Positions 7,141 to 12,115 of a stretch of 12,115 bases of DNA are shown in pieces. This DNA comes from an uncultured Fibrobacterota bacterium (GTDB taxonomy: Bacteria; Fibrobacterota; Chitinivibrionia; Chitinivibrionales; FEN-1185). A program made the translations under genes and the position numbers. The first letter of the stretch is position 1. The number at the start of each line of letters is the position of its first letter. A model generated the notes under the pieces. The model searched no databases, was not told the DNA's origin, and saw nothing but the letters and a program-made list of their open reading frames with translations. The stretch spans positions 1-12,115 of the forward strand of contig CAVWBU010000039.1 of the NCBI GenBank assembly GCA_963753345.1, read 5' to 3'.

Positions 7141-9387
7141 TCAAGGTGGCGTTGTAGTGTGCGTCCAAGTGACGCCGGTACCGGTCAGATTCAGATACTT
7201 GTATCTGACTGTCCCCGCATCATTGAACTGTATGATAAGTTTATTATTGCGGATGTAAACTCTCCCTTCCGCATTTTGAGCGGGACTCGGTGGGGCACTT
7301 GTCGGATAAAGGGTTGCAGCCCCATTAATTGCGAACGCCGTTCTTACCGCAGAATTTGTACCAGGGGCATTTCCCTGTGACTCCCTGTAATCATTCCCAT
7401 ATACTATTCCGACATCCGCACCGCTGGTAATACTAATGCATTGCGTAAATCCGCCGCTATTGTGCTGAAACAAACACCCGTATATCTGGGCTCGGCCTTT
7501 TGTAACATACACGCCGTTTGCGACGGCCGTAGTATTGTCGATAAACAGAAAACTGGTTACCCTCAAGAAAAACTGTATTTCCCAGTCAATTGTGTTCCCG
7601 CCTATCCAACTCATTAAAGTGCCGTTGGTCAGCATGAGCGAGCATTGAGACGACGCGTTGCTGTTGGGATCGCCGTAAATGCAATGGTTCCTCGCGTACA
7701 CGGTCGACGCTTGGTTGACGTTTCCGACGTTCCCACATGTTATTCTAACATTCACAAATTCGGCATTCGCGACATGTGCGCCCGATTGGGAAACGTAAAT
7801 GCCGCAATCTGCCATGTCAAACTGGATATTTGTCCCGAAAAGACCTTGAACAGATCCCGTTGTAGCGTCGTCGGTAATCCATATGCCGTTGTGCGCGAAT
7901 ATTGCGAAGATATCCTTAAGCACCAGGAAAACCGCGTGCGCTATCTTGATTGCCGTCAGGTTTTGAACAAAGAAGGTGTTCCAGTCATTACGGAGATTTG
8001 GTGTCGCATCATAGGTGTAGTCGTACAAATAAAAGAAATCCGGCTGGAAGTGAACCTTTTCTATGTAGCTTACATCGGAAAGATTGTTGATGGAAATTCC
8101 AATAGACAAAGGGCAACCGTATATGTTGCATACATGGTTTCTTCCAACGCCGCCGCCCCCTTGGCCGGCTTGCGCTTCCATTTTGATTCCCTGATACGGA
8201 TTGACAAGAAGTAAGTTCATGGCCCTGCAATCGCAAACGTAACCGTTCGCTTGGCTAATGGAACTGTTGCTCTGGAACTCAATACAATAGGGGTATAGCT
8301 GAACAGTAAACGAGGTAGAACCTGACGTACCTTGAAGGTATTGGATGGGATAGTAGATTGTCAGCCCTTCAACCGAACAGGAGCCGCCCATGGCCCCATA
8401 CGGACTCTGATTGACGCCACCCGAAAGAGTAATGAATGATGGATGAGATGCATCGCCGGCGGTTCCTTGGTTCGACAGACATAATAGGACAGGGCCCTGG
8501 GGGATTCCCGCCTGCCAACGGTTGCTTATCCATGTGGGTGAAGCCGACCACATCCCCCGCAAAATGACGTTAGTCGGTATGAATATTGTAGTGGTACTGT
8601 TGTTGAATATGTAGTAGCCGGTTGGCACGTAAACAACGCCGCCACCCTCGGTACCGGCCGCGGAAAGCGCCTGGTTGAATGCAAATGTGTTATCGCCAGA
8701 AGTGCCGGCCGAGGTTACCTTCCAACTCACATTGCTTATCGTACCTGAGCTGTAACCCCGAAACGAACCGGAAATTGTGAGATAGCCGCTGTAAACGTTT
8801 GTGACCGTATACATTCCAAGGTTTGCGTTGTTTTGGACCCATAGTATGTCTCCGTTGGTCACATTGGAAGTATTAATATTTGAATCAGTGAGTGTATTGG
8901 ACGCAGTGATTTGTCCGATGATGCTTGCCACTCTCGTTTGGAGTTGCACCGCCCCATAATCAAGCACATTATACACTTTCTGTGTCGTCGCGACCCTTTT
9001 CAACCCCGGATACCCCGTCCCATCGTCGACCTGAATGTTTCCGTTAATCTTAAGGTCACCGTTGTTCTTGAAGATGGCGGTTGTCGCCAGGGCCGGCGTT
9101 CCCGTTGAATTCGGGTCCATCAAGATGCTGAGATCGCCGGTCGAATCGTTAATATCGAGCCCGCCCGCTTTGTTCCCATCCGTTATCCTATGCCAGGTCC
9201 CATCGTAATAGGCATTTTGAGTGATCCACAAATGTGGATTGTCGAGAATTCCCACGTGGTCAAGGCGAACCACGTTGGTCGATCCAGCGATATGCAGCGG
9301 TGCGGCGGGGGTTGTGGTAGCTATTCCTACCCTTCCATTCGTGCCGTCCGTGCCGTAACCTTCGGAGCCTAAATGCAGCGTAGCCAT
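7141..9387 (-). CDS. Tailspike/depolymerase-like right-handed beta-helix protein (Pectate_lyase_3-like N-cap), no signal peptide
   Basis: 748 aa, RBS AAAGGAG upstream. 'VYNVLDYGA...GDNTFAFNQALSAAGTEGGGVVYVPTGYY' is a Pectate_lyase_3/GH55-like cap. 'VEGLTIYYP', 'LVNPYQGI', 'NIYGCPLSIGI' and Asn/Gly-rich rungs follow. The N-terminal 'GRVGIATTTPAAPLHIAG' resembles a tail-fibre-type repeat. Confidence 0.82.
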   Translation of the reverse strand: MATLHLGSEGYGTDGTNGRVGIATTTPAAPLHIAGSTNVVRLDHVGILDNPHLWITQNAYYDGTWHRITDGNKAGGLDINDSTGDLSILMDPNSTGTPALATTAIFKNNGDLKINGNIQVDDGTGYPGLKRVATTQKVYNVLDYGAVQLQTRVASIIGQITASNTLTDSNINTSNVTNGDILWVQNNANLGMYTVTNVYSGYLTISGSFRGYSSGTISNVSWKVTSAGTSGDNTFAFNQALSAAGTEGGGVVYVPTGYYIFNNSTTTIFIPTNVILRGMWSASPTWISNRWQAGIPQGPVLLCLSNQGTAGDASHPSFITLSGGVNQSPYGAMGGSCSVEGLTIYYPIQYLQGTSGSTSFTVQLYPYCIEFQSNSSISQANGYVCDCRAMNLLLVNPYQGIKMEAQAGQGGGGVGRNHVCNIYGCPLSIGISINNLSDVSYIEKVHFQPDFFYLYDYTYDATPNLRNDWNTFFVQNLTAIKIAHAVFLVLKDIFAIFAHNGIWITDDATTGSVQGLFGTNIQFDMADCGIYVSQSGAHVANAEFVNVRITCGNVGNVNQASTVYARNHCIYGDPNSNASSQCSLMLTNGTLMSWIGGNTIDWEIQFFLRVTSFLFIDNTTAVANGVYVTKGRAQIYGCLFQHNSGGFTQCISITSGADVGIVYGNDYRESQGNAPGTNSAVRTAFAINGAATLYPTSAPPSPAQNAEGRVYIRNNKLIIQFNDAGTVRYKYLNLTGTGVTWTHTTTPP

Positions 9388-9629
9388 GATCGTCTCCTTT
9401 CGTGAGGTGAAAACACCTTGTGTTTAAAAATGGGATGAACCAGGTCAAAATATCTTTGTCATGATTGACGGCAGGCACCCGGCCTTTTCCGGCTTCCGCT
9501 CTGCCCGAAGCGGCATGATGCGCGATCCCCGGCCCGCTGGCCGCTCTGCGTTGCAACCGTATTCTTGCTTCTCATGCGTGCTTCTAACGACGAAATTCTA
9601 TTATTCACTTCTGCAGTATACTATGTAAT

Positions 9630-9658
9630 ATTGCAGGTGGGGGGGGGGCGAATGTCAA
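9630..9658 (-). promoter_or_regulatory. Putative promoter of the beta-helix gene with a poly-C(10) tract in the -35/-10 spacer
   Basis: Minus strand TTGACA (9658-9653), 17 nt containing C10 (G10 at 9639-9648 on +), then TGCAAT (9635-9630). The -10 is imperfect. Confidence 0.55.
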
Positions 9659-9675
9659 TACCAAATGCAACTTTC

Positions 9676-9696
9676 CGTATACCGTTGGAATACACC
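9676..9696 (-). promoter_or_regulatory. 21-bp operator box, copy 2 (oriented towards the beta-helix gene)
   Basis: CGTATACCGTTGGAATACACC on +, the exact reverse complement of 9747-9767. It ends 17 nt before TTGACA (9658-9653) on the minus strand. Confidence 0.75.
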
Positions 9697-9746
9697 ATTT
9701 GTCAAGTTACAAGTGCGGGGAATTTCTCTTGAAGTTATCGGCATCG

Positions 9747-9767
9747 GGTGTATTCCAACGGTATACG
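9747..9767 (+). promoter_or_regulatory. 21-bp operator box, copy 3 (oriented towards the secreted FN3 gene)
   Basis: GGTGTATTCCAACGGTATACG. After 17 nt comes a weak -35 (TGGCTT, 9785-9790), then an AT-rich -10 region (TATCTTATATAT, 9803-9814). Confidence 0.72.
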
Positions 9768-9862
9768 TTTTCTTTCTGAATCCGTGGCTTTCCGGCCCTA
9801 AATATCTTATATATAGGATTAAGAGAAAGAACCTGACTTTGCAGAGAAGGAAGGGGATCGCT

Positions 9863-11608
9863 ATGAAACGGAAATTCGCCTTGTTGATGCTCCTCGCGTT
9901 CCAGGCCTCCTTTGGACTGAGCGCACCCTACCTCTACTCCGCCGATTCGGTTGGGGCGGGCAAGGTCCAATTGACCTGGCGAAACAACGCCACGGACTAT
10001 GTTGGAATCGTAGTGCTGAGAAAACCCGGATTGACCGCGCAGTTCGCGGCTGTGGATACGGCCGCCGGCACTGCCACCACGTTCACGGATGCGGCCGTAC
10101 CTGGGTCGGCAACACCCTACGTATATGCGTTAACGGCATATTCTCAGACCGCGCATGCGGACACGTCGAACACCGACACGGTGACCATGGCGCCGACGAA
10201 GGTGCCGGATATTTTTGTAGAGCCGCAGAATCTGACCGTCTCCTATGATACGGTAACGCGCGTGGTTAATCTGCAATTCTATGACAGCTCCACTGCGGAA
10301 ACCGGGTACAGGATTTTCAGGTCGACCAACTTCGCCGCTTCCAAGATGATAAAAGATATCGTGTCATCAGCGCCTGCTCAAAAAGGAGAAATCTTGTGTA
10401 CGGATTCGGCGGTCTCTCCAAACACGTGGTATCTTTATTATGCTATAGCCTACAACAGCCAGCAAACCCTGAGTTCACTCTCTGACACTCTCTTCACCTT
10501 TGATGCGGGTGCCATGGCGCAGGGCGCTTCGAGGAAGTGCATTCTTTCCAGCAACCTGAGCACTTTTCCCATCACATACAAAGGTTGGAGTTTGAAAAGC
10601 GGGGATACCATCGTCCTCAACGAGACCGGCGCTCCCGACTCAACAACTTTTTCGATTATTGACATATCAAACCCCAGCGCGCCAAAGTTCGCAGGAACGG
10701 GAAAGTCTTCGGCGGCAATTTTGGGAAGGGCATCCGTTTCTCAGGGCGCGAACATCTTTGGAATTCCATACGGCGATTCGCTGTTCTGTTATCAGTACGC
10801 TACTGGTCAAATTAAAGTGATTAGCAGTAAGATTGTGCCAACGTTGACGAACGGTTTTCGTTGCCCGGCTGAGTTCTTCCCGGGCTTTCTGACTAATTCC
10901 TTGTTCGCAACTGCGGGCGAGATCAACTTTGGTATTGGAGGGTGGATATACCTCATCACGGCGTATTCGTTCAATAACAATGTCCTCTCGTTTGTCGACA
11001 CGGCCCTCATTTCCAACGGCGGCCGTTTCAATGCATTTGCGATTACAAACGGCAGGGCTTGCAACGGGAGATATTTCTTCAATGCCTTGCTCTCCACTGC
11101 CTATCCGCCGCCGGACAGCATATTCGAAATTGTCGACTTTGGCCTTTCTCCCAAGGCAAAGACGGTTATTTATCACCATGCTCAGGTCGATATCCCGTTG
11201 TTGATAAATGGTATTCTTGTTGACGCGCCGCCGCTTGAGAGCGCCAATAACATATTTATTGATACCGTGAAAAATCTTGTTGTCGCAGTGTCGGATTCGC
11301 AATTGTCAATCTTCAGCTGTCAACTTCAGGTTGGAACTATGCGCGGAATCTCCTTGCCGTTCTCTTCCCGGCAGAGGATACGCATGACAGGAGGGCCGGG
11401 CGGAGCGGCAAGTTTGATCCTCTTGCCCCGCCATGCAAAACCGGTTGAGTTGACCATCTTCAACGCTTCCGGAAAACGGGTTCAGGTTTTTAGCGGAATT
11501 CAGGGCGAATCGGTTGAATGGAACCCTGGAAACAGAACCGGCGTGTTCCTTGTCAAGGCCCTCATCGACAACCGCCTCTACACGGCCAGATTCGTCTTGT
11601 CAAGATAG
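9863..11608 (+). CDS. Secreted protein: signal peptide, two FN3-like domains, LVIVD-like region, C-terminal T9SS type A sorting/FlgD-Ig-like domain
   Basis: ATG 9863 follows AGGAAGGGGA and is in frame with ORF 9665..11608. Signal peptide MKRKFALLMLLAFQASFG. FN3-like 'VQLTWRNNA...YVYALTAY' and 'DSSTAETGYRIFRS...SPNTWYLYYAIAYN'. LVIVD-like 'FSIIDISNPSAPKFAG'. Tail 'VELTIFNASGKRV...VEWN....TGVFLVK......TARFVL'. Confidence 0.85.
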   Translation: MKRKFALLMLLAFQASFGLSAPYLYSADSVGAGKVQLTWRNNATDYVGIVVLRKPGLTAQFAAVDTAAGTATTFTDAAVPGSATPYVYALTAYSQTAHADTSNTDTVTMAPTKVPDIFVEPQNLTVSYDTVTRVVNLQFYDSSTAETGYRIFRSTNFAASKMIKDIVSSAPAQKGEILCTDSAVSPNTWYLYYAIAYNSQQTLSSLSDTLFTFDAGAMAQGASRKCILSSNLSTFPITYKGWSLKSGDTIVLNETGAPDSTTFSIIDISNPSAPKFAGTGKSSAAILGRASVSQGANIFGIPYGDSLFCYQYATGQIKVISSKIVPTLTNGFRCPAEFFPGFLTNSLFATAGEINFGIGGWIYLITAYSFNNNVLSFVDTALISNGGRFNAFAITNGRACNGRYFFNALLSTAYPPPDSIFEIVDFGLSPKAKTVIYHHAQVDIPLLINGILVDAPPLESANNIFIDTVKNLVVAVSDSQLSIFSCQLQVGTMRGISLPFSSRQRIRMTGGPGGAASLILLPRHAKPVELTIFNASGKRVQVFSGIQGESVEWNPGNRTGVFLVKALIDNRLYTARFVLSR

Positions 11609-11642
11609 CCGAGGCCCGGTGCCGGGCGTCTTCGCCAACGGT

Positions 11643-11681
11643 GAACCGTCCATGCTTCGACAAGCTCAGCACGAACGGTTC
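11643..11681 (+). repeat. REP-like hairpin of the CTTCGACAAGCTCAG family
   Basis: GAACCGT...TGCTTCGACAAGCTCAGCA-CGAACGGTTC. A related copy lies in the opposite orientation at 11882-11901. Confidence 0.65.
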
Positions 11682-11802
11682 TTCATTTATATGGACGTAG
11701 CGCTATTCTTGTCGTTCACTGTAGCTCAATCCGGCCGCTTGCTTTTGCGGAACACATCCCATAAGGCCATGCCTTTCTTCCCGCGCCAGGCAGGACCAAT
11801 CC

Positions 11803-11916
11803 ATTGTAGATTTTAGATTGTAGAATGTAGAATAAAGGAATTATCGTATTCTCGTTTTCAAATCCGCATTCCGCAATCCTGCCCTGAGCGTTGTCGAAGG
11901 GATCAATCCACATTCT
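11803..11916. repeat. Two short heptamer tandem arrays in opposite orientation, the second interrupted by a REP-like hairpin
   Basis: ATTGTAG ATTTTAG ATTGTAG AATGTAG AATAAAG (11803-11837). AATCCGC ATTCCGC AATCC (11861-11879), then CCCTGAGCGTTGTCGAAGGG (11882-11901), then AATCCAC ATTCT (11905-11916). Confidence 0.7.
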
Positions 11917-11960
11917 TTCTTGGTGCCCCCGCAGCCGAAGTTTCTTTCTTGCAAACCAAC

Positions 11961-12079
11961 TTCCTGGGGGGCTACCCACGAGGGGGTGTGGGTGCAAACA
12001 ACCGACGAGCGTCGAAATTGCATATTCTATTCGCCGGTTGGTTGCACCCCAGGGGGACACTTCCCCCTCCAAGAGAGGC
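11961..12079. repeat. Degenerate GC-rich palindromic (REP/REPIN-like) element
   Basis: GGGTGCAAACAACCG (11990-12004) and CGGTTGGTTGCACCC (12035-12049) form a 14/15 inverted repeat. Flanked by ACCCACGAGGGGGTGTGGGT and AGGGGGACACTTCCCCCTCCAAGAGAGG. Confidence 0.5.
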
Positions 12080-12115
12080 ATTTTTCAAAGTAATAGAAAT
12101 ACCAGCTCTCTTAAT

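Noticed and set aside
7141-9387. Prophage
   Set aside because: Only one phage-like gene. No integrase, terminase, capsid or tail-assembly genes and no att repeats were seen.
9665-9862. N-terminal 66-codon extension of the 647-aa ORF
   Set aside because: It runs through the operator/promoter region. The RBS and signal peptide point to ATG 9863.
5323-11608. Diversity-generating retroelement acting on the surface proteins
   Set aside because: No reverse transcriptase and no TR/VR pair differing at adenines was seen in the window.

Overview
A 12.1 kb bacterial window, probably Fibrobacterota (Chitinivibrionia/Chitinispirillia-like). This is inferred from a TIGR02147-family gene followed by a 'GGGTETGN' lipoprotein and a protein with a T9SS/FlgD-type C-terminal tail. 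Gene order: 3' end of an unknown gene; B12-dependent radical SAM; GT2-polysaccharide deacetylase fusion (minus); TIGR02147/DUF4423 HTH protein coupled to an FN3/NHL lipoprotein; signal-less tailspike-like beta-helix protein (minus); secreted FN3/LVIVD protein. The best signals are non-coding. (1) A 21-bp pseudo-palindromic box, GGTGTAT(A/T)CCAA(C/T)GGTATACG, occurs three times. Each copy points towards a gene and ends 17 nt before a candidate -35 hexamer, suggesting a shared activator site, possibly for the TIGR02147 protein. (2) A G10 tract sits in the -35/-10 spacer of the tailspike-like gene's promoter. (3) A 400-460 bp composite element with two diverged, inverted multi-hairpin arms occurs twice, flanking the GT2 gene. 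All protein assignments come from motif recognition by eye, not database searches.
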